The notes: a model not told the origin generated them from the letters alone. Positions 26,612-36,858 are shown, counted from the first letter of the stretch. The stretch: 64,000 nt of DNA from Verrucomicrobiota bacterium (GCA_027622665.1 JAQBYT010000008.1:1-64000); one strand, 5' to 3'. Numbers and translations are program-made.

Positions 26612-28182
26612 TTGAACAATTTGTCGTAGGTTTGATAAGCTCCGACCAGTAAGAAGCCGGCGAAGGAAAGCCAAAGGAAGAAATCCCAAGTTTTACTTGG
26701 TTCGAGATGTTTGTCACAACGCTTGTAGCGGAAATAGAGGACTGCAAATCCGATCATCGGAAGCATGATGGCCTGCATCGTTCCGGAAATGAGGACTAGA
26801 ACAACCGGCTTTGGAAAAAAAACATAGCAAAGCACACTCAAGATGGGCAGGACGATTCCCATCCATTTTAGTCCGCGCTGCCGAGCGGATTCGTCCAGAT
26901 CCAGAATACCAGATACTTTTGTCACGTCCACCGCCAGACGACCTTGGGCGGCGATCGCGACGTAAAAGGTGGAGAAGAGCACGGCGAAGGCCCCAAACAG
27001 AAACAAGTTCTGGGCGATATCACCGAAAACGGGTTGGTACATCGCGGAGAGGGTCTGGATCATTTCCGAACCCTCGGGTATGAGATTGGAGCGTCCGAGT
27101 ACGGCGGCCCCCAGCAAATAAAAAGCGATCGTGCAAAAGGTGTAGACGATCATGGCGCCCCAAGAGTCCCAGTGCATGACTTTCATCCAACCATTTGCAC
27201 GCTTTACCCAAGCATCTGAGTCATCTCGTTTACCGACGTATTTCCCATAGCCTTTCTCCAAGCACCAGTAGGGATAGGCGAGCAGTTCGGCGGCTCCAAC
27301 TCCGATAATGCCGAAGGTGGCGAGGGCGGTAACCAAGGGATTGACTCCATCTTTGCCGACTTCGGGAAACCCGAAGGATAGGCCACGCCGTAATTCCTCT
27401 GCAGTCACCGCCCACTTGTCATAGCTCTGAAGGGCGAATAGGTTTGCGATCGTGATCAAGGTGAAGCTCGCCACCAGAAACACGGAGAACCTTTCTATGA
27501 AACTAAACTTGCCCCAAACGAGAAGGAAAATCGCTGCCAACGTAAGGATTAGGGACCAATAAACGTCGTCCGTGGCCTTGGGGATTTCACCTGCTAACTT
27601 CAGTTCGTTTGCGGCAACGGCAATCTCGGATTGGAGTTTCTCGCGTTCCTCCGATGCCGCAGAAGCCGAAAGGTTTCTTAGTTCCGCTTTTCTTACGTCG
27701 AGTTGGATCTTATTGGCGACGTGTTCGTTGTAAGCCTGGCCTTCCTCTGTCAAGGGAACGCTGATCGCCATGGCTTGTCCCACTCCTCCCACGATTCCGC
27801 CCTGCTGGCCAAGAATCGCAGCCATCATGATAAACCAATAGAGCAATATCCAGTTGGCATTCACTTGACGGCCACCGATGGTAAACTTCAATCGAGGGCC
27901 GGGAACCTCGTTAAGGGCCGCCAAGGTGGTTTTCCCATTGGTTATTGCGTAACGGCCGAGCTCGATCTGGGCGAACACTTTGATGATGCAGCCGATTATG
28001 ATCAGCCAAAGAAAGTCGAAATGAGCCTCGGCTCCTGTTCTCGTGGTGGCAATCAGTTCTCCCGAGCCCACGATGGAACCGGCGAGAATCAAACCCGGTC
28101 CGACGTTGCGCAGGATGCCGATCGACGTAGTCGGAGCATCGCGAACTTCGGATTTTCCAGCTGCTTCAGTATCGTTCATCAT
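26608..28182 (-). CDS. Nramp-related (YcsG/COG1914-type) transporter
   Basis: GPGLILAGSIVGSGELIAT, ELGRY and 11-12 TM segments; lacks the canonical DPGN metal motif. Confidence 0.8.
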   Translation of the reverse strand: MMNDTEAAGKSEVRDAPTTSIGILRNVGPGLILAGSIVGSGELIATTRTGAEAHFDFLWLIIIGCIIKVFAQIELGRYAITNGKTTLAALNEVPGPRLKFTIGGRQVNANWILLYWFIMMAAILGQQGGIVGGVGQAMAISVPLTEEGQAYNEHVANKIQLDVRKAELRNLSASAASEEREKLQSEIAVAANELKLAGEIPKATDDVYWSLILTLAAIFLLVWGKFSFIERFSVFLVASFTLITIANLFALQSYDKWAVTAEELRRGLSFGFPEVGKDGVNPLVTALATFGIIGVGAAELLAYPYWCLEKGYGKYVGKRDDSDAWVKRANGWMKVMHWDSWGAMIVYTFCTIAFYLLGAAVLGRSNLIPEGSEMIQTLSAMYQPVFGDIAQNLFLFGAFAVLFSTFYVAIAAQGRLAVDVTKVSGILDLDESARQRGLKWMGIVLPILSVLCYVFFPKPVVLVLISGTMQAIMLPMIGFAVLYFRYKRCDKHLEPSKTWDFFLWLSFAGFLLVGAYQTYDKLFK

Positions 28183-28222
28183 TTGCCTTTCGTTCCGAGT
28201 TAGTGAATGCGTCAACGATCGA

Positions 28223-29653
28223 TCATCGCCAATCGTCCGCCCATTTGGAGGTTTCGTAATGGCTTCGAATTCGCCATTCCCGCAGGTTGCTCAACAACAT
28301 TTCCTTGGTATTCGAATGATTGAGGTCATCCCATAGGTTGACGTACTCGCCGGGATCATTGGCTAGGTCGAAAAGCTGCCCGAACGGTTCGTCCAGAAAG
28401 TGAACGAGCTTCCACTCCGTGCTCCGAATCATGGTCATGAATTCGGAGTCGGTGAATATAAGGTCCTTGGCTTGCTCGGCGTATAGATAATCACGACCCG
28501 TCCAGTTAGGATCGCTTTCGAGAGCCGGTAGAATGCTACGGGCTTCAATCGTTTCCGGTAACGTTGCGCCGGCTAGCTCGAGAATCGCCGGCCCGAGGTC
28601 CATCAGTTGTACGAGGTCTTCCACCTTGCGACCGCCTTTGAAACGTTCGGGGGCATGAACGATTAAGGGAACTCGAGTGATCTGCTCGTACATCGTCCAC
28701 TTCTGGCTGTGTCCGTGATCCGTAAGGTTGTCGCCATGATCACTAGCGAAAACGATTACCGTGTTATCCAGTTCACCTTTGTCTTCCAACGCCTTCATTA
28801 TTTCGCCCACTTTTTCGTCAATCATGGTTACGTTGGCCAGATAGTGGGCTCGTTGGCGTCGCCGTTGCTCCTCGGTGGGATTCAGCATGTGGACAACGGA
28901 GTCGTGATCAATCTCCGCGTTGTGAAGGCGCATGGCTTTGAAAGGAGGTGGTTGCCCGTCAAGATCGTCTTGCTTGACCGGATCCAGAGGAATTTCCGTA
29001 TCCTCATAGAGCTCAAGAAAACGGGGAACAGGGTCGTATGGGGGATGCGGCCCCGGGAAGCCGACCTCGAGAAAGAAAGGCTTTTCACTTTCGTATTCGT
29101 CCAGCCATTGGAGGGTGCGGTCGGCAACGAAAAAATCCGAATGAGTTTCCTCGGGTAGTTCCCAAAGAAAGGCCCCGAGACTCTCCCGATAGTCTTCTCG
29201 TTCGCGATAGGTGATTCGCTTTTGTTTCTCGAAACCACGTTCTTCGATATATTTTTCCCAATCGTCCTTGAACTCGGCTCCCTCAAGAAAACGATCCTTG
29301 TTTTCCACCACGATTCTCTCGTGAAAACCGCAAGGAGTCGTAAAGGGCCAAGTGTGCATCTTGCCGACATTGGCGCAGTGGTAGCCAGCATTCGCCAAGT
29401 TTTCGACCCAACTGCGAGTCCAGTTGTCGGCATTTTTTAGTATCCCCGTAACATGAGGATATTGCCCCGTGAATAAGCTGGCGCGTGAAGGGGCGCAGGA
29501 AGCCGCCGTCACGTGGCATTGAGTAAAGGCTACGCCCTCATTCACTAAACGGTCCAGATTCGGAGAGATTACGTGAGGATGTCCCAAGGCGGCAATCGTG
29601 TCGTGCCGTTGCTGGTCGGTGAATAAGAAAACGATATTGGGGCGTTTGGACAT
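28223..29653 (-). CDS. Formylglycine-dependent sulfatase (S1)
   Basis: RPNIVFLFTDQQR, CAPSRASLFTG (CxPxR), GKMH, PHPP, SDHG; no signal peptide. Confidence 0.93.
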   Translation of the reverse strand: MSKRPNIVFLFTDQQRHDTIAALGHPHVISPNLDRLVNEGVAFTQCHVTAASCAPSRASLFTGQYPHVTGILKNADNWTRSWVENLANAGYHCANVGKMHTWPFTTPCGFHERIVVENKDRFLEGAEFKDDWEKYIEERGFEKQKRITYREREDYRESLGAFLWELPEETHSDFFVADRTLQWLDEYESEKPFFLEVGFPGPHPPYDPVPRFLELYEDTEIPLDPVKQDDLDGQPPPFKAMRLHNAEIDHDSVVHMLNPTEEQRRRQRAHYLANVTMIDEKVGEIMKALEDKGELDNTVIVFASDHGDNLTDHGHSQKWTMYEQITRVPLIVHAPERFKGGRKVEDLVQLMDLGPAILELAGATLPETIEARSILPALESDPNWTGRDYLYAEQAKDLIFTDSEFMTMIRSTEWKLVHFLDEPFGQLFDLANDPGEYVNLWDDLNHSNTKEMLLSNLREWRIRSHYETSKWADDWR

Positions 29654-29688
29654 GGAAGGTCGATTTTTGGAAAAACGGCGTTGTGGAC

Positions 29689-30501
29689 CTAGCCGAAATA
29701 CTTCCTGTAGGACTCGATTGTCTGACGCGCAGCAGCTTCAGGATCGGGCCAAGCGAAGGCCTCGGCGGAAACACAACCCTCGTAACCAAGGCTTTTCAGG
29801 GTTTCCGCAATAGGGCCCATCTCGGTGTGACCACACCCAACGGGACGACGGTTGCTGTCGGCGAAATGAACATGTCCGATATGCCGAGCCCCTTCTCGAA
29901 GAGTAGCGGAAATGTCGGCTTCTTCAATGTTCATGTGAAAAAGGTCGGCCAAGAGTGTGACGCCCTTGGTGGAAAGACCATCCAGAAAGTCCGCCGCCTC
30001 GTTGAAACGATTGAAGAGGTTCGTTTCATATCGGTTGAGGGGTTCGTATATTAACTTAACGCCGGCTGCCGCCGAGGTGTCTCCCAAGTCCTCCAGAGCC
30101 TCAGCAAGCCAACCTAGAGCCTCTTCGCGAGAAACGTCGCCACTATGAGAGCCCTGCATCGAACCGATGATTGCAGGAGCTCCGAATCGTGCCCCGAAAG
30201 CGATCATCTCTCTGATGAAAGCTCTAGCTTGATCCCGGATGTCTTTGCTTGGGTCGGTCAAGGACAGCCCGCGCAACACCTTGCCGGCCCCGGTGCCTAC
30301 TGCGCCAATGGTCAAGTCGGTTTCCTCTAAAAGCGACTCGATTTCTCCCGGATTTCCCGCCTCGGGTCCCTCAGTGAAGAGCTCCACGGAATCGTATCCA
30401 AGCGCCGCAGCGCTCCGGATGCTTTTACCCAAATCGTTCCAAAGAATCCACGGGCCACCCCGCAATGCCGAGACCAAAGATATAGTTACGCACGATTTCA
30501 T
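29689..30501 (-). CDS. Sugar phosphate isomerase/epimerase (AP_endonuc_2 TIM barrel, IolO-like)
   Basis: YEPLNRYET, DLFHMNIEE, HVHFADSNR..G.GH. Confidence 0.88.
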   Translation of the reverse strand: MKSCVTISLVSALRGGPWILWNDLGKSIRSAAALGYDSVELFTEGPEAGNPGEIESLLEETDLTIGAVGTGAGKVLRGLSLTDPSKDIRDQARAFIREMIAFGARFGAPAIIGSMQGSHSGDVSREEALGWLAEALEDLGDTSAAAGVKLIYEPLNRYETNLFNRFNEAADFLDGLSTKGVTLLADLFHMNIEEADISATLREGARHIGHVHFADSNRRPVGCGHTEMGPIAETLKSLGYEGCVSAEAFAWPDPEAAARQTIESYRKYFG

Positions 30502-30571
30502 AAAAGAAATCAGCTACTTTAGGCAGAAGCAGTACCTGCCTACGAGGAAAATATGTAAGGAAGGCTAGGAA

Positions 30572-31510
30572 TCAGGTAACTGAAACCGGAAGATGTTGGG
30601 GGATCAAAGCCAATCCAAGTCCTGCTCGGATTCCTCGGGCGGGTTGGGCTGCTCCGGGCGCCGGCGCGGGAGCGGGGACAGGCCGTTGCAATTCCCGAAT
30701 TTGCCGATCTTTCTCAAGGCGTTGCTGCTGTCGGTCGAGAAACTGCCTTCGAAGACGATCTTGATCTGCAGGAACAAGATTCGGTGACAAAGGATTGATC
30801 TTTTTGCCGGTCGGGTCGGCGGGTTCGTTAGCGAAGGGATCATTCGGGTCAACTGCGGGTGCAGGTAGTGCTTGAGGAGCCAAGGGGTTCGCTCCGGGTG
30901 CGGGTTGTTGGCCCGGGACTTGAGGAGCCACCTGAGGCGCTAATCCCGGAGCAACTTGGCCCGGGGCTCCTATGCCGGGAGCAAATGGTGAATTTTCAAG
31001 TCCGGGCGCTCCGGGAGGGAGTAGAAACGGACCACCTGGCACGGCATTGGGGTTGACCGCACCTGGGTTGACCCCGGCTCCTGGAATAGGCGTGTACTTA
31101 GGTATCAAGGGATTCGCAATACCTGCGAAAGGATCTCGAAAAGAGGGTTGTCTCCGCGTCATGCCAATTGGCAAAAGGTCTCCCGCCGCACCTGTGACCA
31201 AGGGAACCGTGTCGACAAATTTCCGATGTGGTTTGTATCTCTTGTCGTGGAGGTTTGGGACGAAAACGTTCGGGTTCGTAGGAGAGGGAACGTAACCTTG
31301 GGCTAGCAATTTCTCGACAGTGCCTCCTCTAGGAAGCACGGCTCGGCCATTTATTTGAATGGCAGTGGGTAAGCGACCTACGTCCATGTAGCCTGTTTGT
31401 CCTCCTCCGATTGCGGGAGGCAGGCGGGGCGTCTGCTTACTCGAACGGTTGGCGGCGACCAAGACCGCACAAGAGATGGCGTACAGCGCGAATGCAAAGA
31501 GCAAGTTCAT
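30572..31510 (-). CDS. Secreted Pro/Gly/Ala-rich low-complexity hypothetical protein
   Basis: N-terminal signal peptide, P/G/A/Q-rich body and a short coiled segment (DQDRLRRQFLDRQQQRLE). Confidence 0.6.
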   Translation of the reverse strand: MNLLFAFALYAISCAVLVAANRSSKQTPRLPPAIGGGQTGYMDVGRLPTAIQINGRAVLPRGGTVEKLLAQGYVPSPTNPNVFVPNLHDKRYKPHRKFVDTVPLVTGAAGDLLPIGMTRRQPSFRDPFAGIANPLIPKYTPIPGAGVNPGAVNPNAVPGGPFLLPPGAPGLENSPFAPGIGAPGQVAPGLAPQVAPQVPGQQPAPGANPLAPQALPAPAVDPNDPFANEPADPTGKKINPLSPNLVPADQDRLRRQFLDRQQQRLEKDRQIRELQRPVPAPAPAPGAAQPARGIRAGLGLALIPQHLPVSVT

Positions 31511-31685
31511 GTAAATAAACTAAGAACACTTTGAGCCATTCGTCAAACAATACGTGATTTTTTTTAAAAAATCCTCCCAAAACAAAGAAAGCCAAGTTAC
31601 ATTTAGCTCTTGTTGTTACGGTGTTTTACCGCCAATCAGAGTTTGTCCAAAATGTTTCATTCACTCCCTCTTAATCAAGACCACC

Positions 31686-32669
31686 ATGAAATTCATAAGC
31701 TATTCCTTGATTCCGGCATTAGCCTTTTTCATCAATTTGCATGCAGCCCCTTCCCAGGAGGATGCAGCCGATCCCTCGAAAGTCGATGCAGACTACGCCA
31801 TACAGGGAGAATACACGGGAACCGTGAAGGGGGAGGACGGTGACAAGAAGCTCGGGTGCCAAGTCGTGGCTCTAGGTGATGGCCAGTTTACGTCCAGGGG
31901 CTTCGTCGGCGGTTTGCCGGGAGAAGGATGGAACCTCAACAAGGAGGAAATGGTGAAGGGCTCAACAAAACCGGACGGAGCTATTGTCTTTGCCAACGAC
32001 AAGCACCGAGGCATCATACGGGACGGGGTCATGCTTGTGGAAACCCTAGACGGCAAGGGCATCGGCGAGCTGAAACGCGTCGTCCGCAAGAGTCCCACGC
32101 TGGGAGCCAAGCCACCCAAGGGCGCGGTCGTCCTCTTCGACGGAAAGACGCATGGGGCCGACCTGTGGAAGGGTGGACGGCAAACCGAGGATGGTCTTCT
32201 CATGCAGGGCTGCACCAGTAAGCAAACCTTTGGCGACTTCAAAATTCACATCGAGTTTCGCACACCCTACAAGCCCAAGGCTCGCGGACAAGGTCGCGGG
32301 AACAGCGGTTTCTATGCCCACGGACGCTACGAGGTGCAAGTGCTTGATTCCTTTGCCCTCGACGGCAATCACAACGAGTGCGGCGGCATCTACTCCACCA
32401 AACCTCCCCTCCTCAATATGTGCTACCCGCCACTCACATGGCAGACCTACGACGTCGATTTTACGGCCGCCAAGTTCAAGGACGGCAAGAAGACGGCAAA
32501 CGCATTCATGACCGTGCAACACAACGGTGTCCTGATCCATGACAAGACCGTCTGTGACCACGCCACTACCGCTTCCCCGATGAGAGAAGGCCCTGAACCC
32601 GGCCCGGTATACTTTCAGGACCATGGTAACCCCGTCCGTTATCGTAACGTATGGGTGGAGAAGAAGTGA
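31686..32669 (+). CDS. DUF1080 (3-keto-disaccharide hydrolase-like) secreted protein
   Basis: Signal peptide; VVLFDGK, FGDFKIHIEF, GNSGFY, YEVQVLDS, GGIY, FQDHG.PVRYRNVWV. Confidence 0.9.
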   Translation: MKFISYSLIPALAFFINLHAAPSQEDAADPSKVDADYAIQGEYTGTVKGEDGDKKLGCQVVALGDGQFTSRGFVGGLPGEGWNLNKEEMVKGSTKPDGAIVFANDKHRGIIRDGVMLVETLDGKGIGELKRVVRKSPTLGAKPPKGAVVLFDGKTHGADLWKGGRQTEDGLLMQGCTSKQTFGDFKIHIEFRTPYKPKARGQGRGNSGFYAHGRYEVQVLDSFALDGNHNECGGIYSTKPPLLNMCYPPLTWQTYDVDFTAAKFKDGKKTANAFMTVQHNGVLIHDKTVCDHATTASPMREGPEPGPVYFQDHGNPVRYRNVWVEKK

Positions 32670-33670
32670 CTTTTCTTAAACGGACAAATCCCTGCCTTTG
32701 CGCACTGGCTCTTCTTTTGGCCGCGGGCTGCGGAAAGAAGGAGCCGGAAGAAACTCCACCCACCCCCGACGAGAGTTCGGCTGCCAAAGCTCCCATTGAC
32801 GAGACACCTCCTGCCGCAACCGGTAAGCTTCCGGTCCCGCCCGCCCCTCCTGATTTTACGCCACCTCCGCCTCCGACAGGCGTCCCGCTCGGCTTGGATG
32901 GGCCTTCCAGTCCGAAAGTGGCGGAGTTGCAAGCTATTCTCCGAAAAGCCAATCCTGCGTACCAAGGACAAGGCAAGTTTCGCGAGGAAAACGGAGAAAT
33001 TGTCGCTGCCGAGCTTGCGAACTGCAACTTGAGCGACCTCTCGCCCTTGAAAGGCTTGAGCCTGTTCGGCATGGATATCAGTGGAAACCCCGTTCGAGAA
33101 ATACGTCACCTCAAGGGAATGCCCCTCCGAAACTTGTTCATGGAAAACACACTTGTGACCGACCTTTCACCACTGAAAGGGGCTCCCATCGTAGAACTTC
33201 GCTTGAACGGAACGCCTCTTCAGTCGCTAAAAGGCCTGGAAGGCATGCCCGTGGAAAATTTGTATATGCTTGGAACGAAAGTGACCGACATCTCAGCTTT
33301 GGCCGGCTCCAAGTTAAGGCAACTTTGGCTGAACGAGACACCCATCTCCGACTTGGAGCCTCTGGCAGGCGCTCCGATCGTCAGTCTAACGCTTCATCGC
33401 ACGCAGGTTTCCGATCTCTCCTTTATTCGAAACTTGCCCGTCATTCAGCGTCTGCACATTGCCGAGACCCCCGTAACCGACCTCACGCCACTCAAGGGGG
33501 TGCCCTTGACGAGACTGGTCTTTACTCCCGCCAAAATCGAAAAAGGTCTTGAAGTTGCACGTCAACTTTTTGGACTGCGCGAGATCGGCACCCGTTTCGA
33601 CGACCAAAGTCGCGACCTTATGCCGCCCGATCAGTTCTGGAGCCGTTTCGACAACGGCGAATTCCGCTAA
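32666..33670 (+). CDS. Leucine-rich-repeat lipoprotein
   Basis: Lipobox LAAGC, Pro-rich linker, repeated LxxLxLxxTxVxDLSPL units; GTGA overlap with the DUF1080 gene. Confidence 0.85.
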   Translation: MTFLKRTNPCLCALALLLAAGCGKKEPEETPPTPDESSAAKAPIDETPPAATGKLPVPPAPPDFTPPPPPTGVPLGLDGPSSPKVAELQAILRKANPAYQGQGKFREENGEIVAAELANCNLSDLSPLKGLSLFGMDISGNPVREIRHLKGMPLRNLFMENTLVTDLSPLKGAPIVELRLNGTPLQSLKGLEGMPVENLYMLGTKVTDISALAGSKLRQLWLNETPISDLEPLAGAPIVSLTLHRTQVSDLSFIRNLPVIQRLHIAETPVTDLTPLKGVPLTRLVFTPAKIEKGLEVARQLFGLREIGTRFDDQSRDLMPPDQFWSRFDNGEFR

Positions 33671-33706
33671 GGCGGATTTCTTATTTCGGCGTGAATGGAG
33701 AAATGC

Positions 33707-34528
33707 TTAGAATTTCTCAACCCCGAACATCTTAACGAGCTTCCCTACGAACTCTTTGTGGTCTGTGAGCTTGCAGGCCTTTTTCCAGTCCGCCAGACAG
33801 GTCGAAAAACTTCTAGGGGTCTTTGTCTTGTGAGTATTCAGATAAGCGAGGGCACCCCAGTTTTCTGGCCGTTTCTCGAAAAAAGGTAGTAGTTTTGTGG
33901 CAATCGTCGTGTTTTTTGCTCGATCGGTGGGATTCTCCTTAAGCTTCACTTTGTTCCGCTCATACCACTCGGCAACAGTCAGGGAATCGGGCCAGGCGTG
34001 CGTGTCCAGACGTTCCTGCGCATAACTCTCCAAACTCGGGGAATAACCCCTCCAGTTAGGGTAGGGTGGTTCGTTATCCCATTCCTTCCGCATACTTCTC
34101 ATGGCAAACAGTGACGCGGTCTCGCACAAGCTTTCCTCGAACCATAGGTTGTCTCTGGCTCCCGCTTTGTATCCGCAAAGGATGTGACAGAACTCATGGG
34201 AAAACTGAAAGGCGTACTGGCACCAAAACGTCTTATGTGTATCCAGCCTTACGATATATTGCCCCTCGTTTCCCCTCCGAAACAAGACGATCGGCCCCGT
34301 GCGGGAGCGATCCACTATGATGGGCTTTAGTTGTTCCTGCGAAGCATGCGGCCAAAGTTGCCTTGCCGAGGAGTTCAGCACTTTTTCGATATCGCGAATG
34401 GAGGCTCCGCCCCAATCGGCGTTGGAAACTCGTATCTCGGGTAGTGGACCTTTTGCGGGTTCCTTCGCCCAATGATTCGCACCGACAAGGCAGAATGCTA
34501 TGGGAAGGAAGAGATTTCTTAGATTCAT
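33707..34528 (-). CDS. Secreted putative zinc metallopeptidase (HExxH)
   Basis: Signal peptide; FQFSHEFCH followed by WFEESLCE (gluzincin-like arrangement). Confidence 0.65.
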   Translation of the reverse strand: MNLRNLFLPIAFCLVGANHWAKEPAKGPLPEIRVSNADWGGASIRDIEKVLNSSARQLWPHASQEQLKPIIVDRSRTGPIVLFRRGNEGQYIVRLDTHKTFWCQYAFQFSHEFCHILCGYKAGARDNLWFEESLCETASLFAMRSMRKEWDNEPPYPNWRGYSPSLESYAQERLDTHAWPDSLTVAEWYERNKVKLKENPTDRAKNTTIATKLLPFFEKRPENWGALAYLNTHKTKTPRSFSTCLADWKKACKLTDHKEFVGKLVKMFGVEKF

Positions 34529-35409
34529 GGAACCTTTATCGTGGGTTTACCCTCCAACCAGCCAAGGGAGATCAGAAACTTATCCATTTCCAGAACCGTT
34601 TTTTCGTAATAATTTCCCTGTTTCCCCTTGTTGAAGAAGCCGTGCGGTTGTCCGGCGTAGACGTGAAGGTCCGACCGACTCCCCGCTTTTTCCATCAGGG
34701 CCTTGTATTTCTCGGCCGTGGAAACTGGAATCAGCTTGTCTTGGTCACCTAGGAAGACGATGGCCGGTGGCGTACCCTTGCGGATGTTGTCGATGGGCGA
34801 AATCTCCTTGTAGCGATCCTTTACTCGATCATGGCCATAGCCCTTGGGCCCGTTGTCGTATACGGGATTGAAAAGAGCCAAGGCATTCGGCTTGGACGAT
34901 ACCGACAGGTCTTCGCCTTCCTCCTCCAGTCCCGGCACCGTGCCGGTGGCCGCGGCTACGTGCCCTCCGGCTGATCCTCCGCCCGCAGCCAAGCGTTCCG
35001 GGTCGATCCCCAGTTTCTTTGCGTTTTGGCGAATCCAGCGAACGGCCGACTTCCCGTCCTTCACGCACTCGAAGGGTGGGGTGCCTTGCCGAGATCTCAC
35101 CCGATAGTCGGCGCTCATCGCGACCATCCCGCGAGATGCGAGATATTCGCAATGCGGGCCGAACTGAGCGGGGGTGCCGCCACTCCAGCCGCCACCGAAG
35201 AAAAACACGATCGCAGGCCGCTTGTCCTTCTTCGGGTCATGCCCTTCGGGATAAAAGACGTTCAGGATCAACTTAGCCCCGCTCGCCTCCTTGTAGACGA
35301 GGTGCACCGCTCCCTCGATCGGGGAGGCGACCTTGCCCTCCTTGGCCAATGCTGACGTAATCCAGAGGAAGCTCGCTAAAAGAGTTAGGAGCATTAACTT
35401 TATTTTCAT
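34525..35409 (-). CDS. Secreted alpha/beta hydrolase (esterase/lipase)
   Basis: FFGGGW, GGSAGG nucleophile elbow, GDQD, PHGFFN; signal peptide from ATG 35409. Confidence 0.88.
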   Translation of the reverse strand: MKIKLMLLTLLASFLWITSALAKEGKVASPIEGAVHLVYKEASGAKLILNVFYPEGHDPKKDKRPAIVFFFGGGWSGGTPAQFGPHCEYLASRGMVAMSADYRVRSRQGTPPFECVKDGKSAVRWIRQNAKKLGIDPERLAAGGGSAGGHVAAATGTVPGLEEEGEDLSVSSKPNALALFNPVYDNGPKGYGHDRVKDRYKEISPIDNIRKGTPPAIVFLGDQDKLIPVSTAEKYKALMEKAGSRSDLHVYAGQPHGFFNKGKQGNYYEKTVLEMDKFLISLGWLEGKPTIKVP

Positions 35410-35561
35410 GCATCCAAATTTGCAAGGCACTGGATTAAAGAGCGAGAGCAAATACCCTTTAATGCACCACAATCTTTCTTGGGTTATCCTTATCTCGAAA
35501 CTTGATTGAAGATTACTTCTTGCGCTATAAGAAAAATGTTCCAGCCCATTAAAACCATTAT

Positions 35562-36848
35562 ATGATGTATTTGACCTTCGCCAAAAGAATTTTAGTCACT
35601 GCCGTGGCCTTGTCGTTCATGCAAGTCGGGCTTCGGGCCGAGTCGCTTGAGATGTGGATCAGTTCCCATCAGGACCAGGTCTATTACGAAAAGATGGCGG
35701 AACTTTTCCGCAAGAAGACCAAGAAGGATCTGACCGTGTCGGTGAGTGCCTACGGTTTCCGGGAAATGCCGGACAAGCTGGGCGTGGCCTTTCGGACGGG
35801 AAAGGGCATGCCCGACCTCGTGCAACTGGACGAAACCTTCTTCGGGGTGTTTCTCGGTCCCAAGTCTCCCTTCGTCGACCTGACCAAACGGGTAAAGGAG
35901 TCGGGCTTGGACAAAGATCTCCATTCGAGGCGACTGGAAGTGTTCACCTACAAGGGTCAGGTATTGGGCGTTCCCCAATCATTGAGTGCCATGGTGCTCT
36001 ACTACCGGAAAGATTTGTTCAAGGAGCTCGGGGTGAACCCGGACGACTTGGCGACCTGGGAGGGAGTGGAGACAGTGGGGGAGCATCTTCAAAAGAAGCA
36101 CGGTCAGCGGCTCATGGCAATCGACGGTACTCTTTTCGACGTGTTGCTTCGGCAACGCGGGAGCGACCTTTTCGACGCCAAGGGCAAACTGCTTCCGGAC
36201 TTCGAGTTGGCGGTGGAATTGCTTGAGAAATTATCGGACCTCTCTGAGAGGCAGATCACCGTATTGCCCGACCGTGGCACGATTTTCGACCCCGTCTTTT
36301 TCAGTGGCGACTTGGAGACCGGCGAGGTGCTCTGCGTACCTGGGGCCGATTGGTACGGGCTCGACCTCTTCCAGCAGTTCGCCCCCGATATGAAGGGAAT
36401 GTGGGGCATGCTACCCCTTCCCGCGTGGAAGGACGAGAAGGGTGAACTGGGCCCCAGAACAGCCACTTTTGCTGGCCAAGGTCTCATGATTTGCAAGGGC
36501 AGCAAGAAACAGGACGCGGCGTGGGAGTTCATTGATTTCGTGATGAAAGATCCCGATGCCAACGCCGAACGTTTCCTGCAGGGAAACAGCTTTCCCGCCT
36601 ACAAGCCCGCCTGGAAGGACAAACGCCTCCTGAAGAAGCACGAGTACTTCGACCAGTCCATGGGCAAACTTCTTATCGAACTGGAAAAGGAAATTCCTCC
36701 CGTGAACGTAAACCCCAAGCGACCGCAGGCGATCTTCCTCATGCAGGAAAACTACTTCGGTGCCATCATGTTCCAAGCCCTCGAGGCCCGCAAGGCACTG
36801 GAAGAGTACAGGGACGCCATCGAGGCGAAGGACGGCAACCGCAGGTAA
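35562..36848 (+). CDS. Sugar ABC transporter substrate-binding protein (CUT1)
   Basis: Signal peptide; PDLVQ, LYYRKDLFKELG, WGMLPLP, AAWEFI. Confidence 0.88.
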   Translation: MMYLTFAKRILVTAVALSFMQVGLRAESLEMWISSHQDQVYYEKMAELFRKKTKKDLTVSVSAYGFREMPDKLGVAFRTGKGMPDLVQLDETFFGVFLGPKSPFVDLTKRVKESGLDKDLHSRRLEVFTYKGQVLGVPQSLSAMVLYYRKDLFKELGVNPDDLATWEGVETVGEHLQKKHGQRLMAIDGTLFDVLLRQRGSDLFDAKGKLLPDFELAVELLEKLSDLSERQITVLPDRGTIFDPVFFSGDLETGEVLCVPGADWYGLDLFQQFAPDMKGMWGMLPLPAWKDEKGELGPRTATFAGQGLMICKGSKKQDAAWEFIDFVMKDPDANAERFLQGNSFPAYKPAWKDKRLLKKHEYFDQSMGKLLIELEKEIPPVNVNPKRPQAIFLMQENYFGAIMFQALEARKALEEYRDAIEAKDGNRR

Positions 36849-36858
36849 ATAGTTTGTT

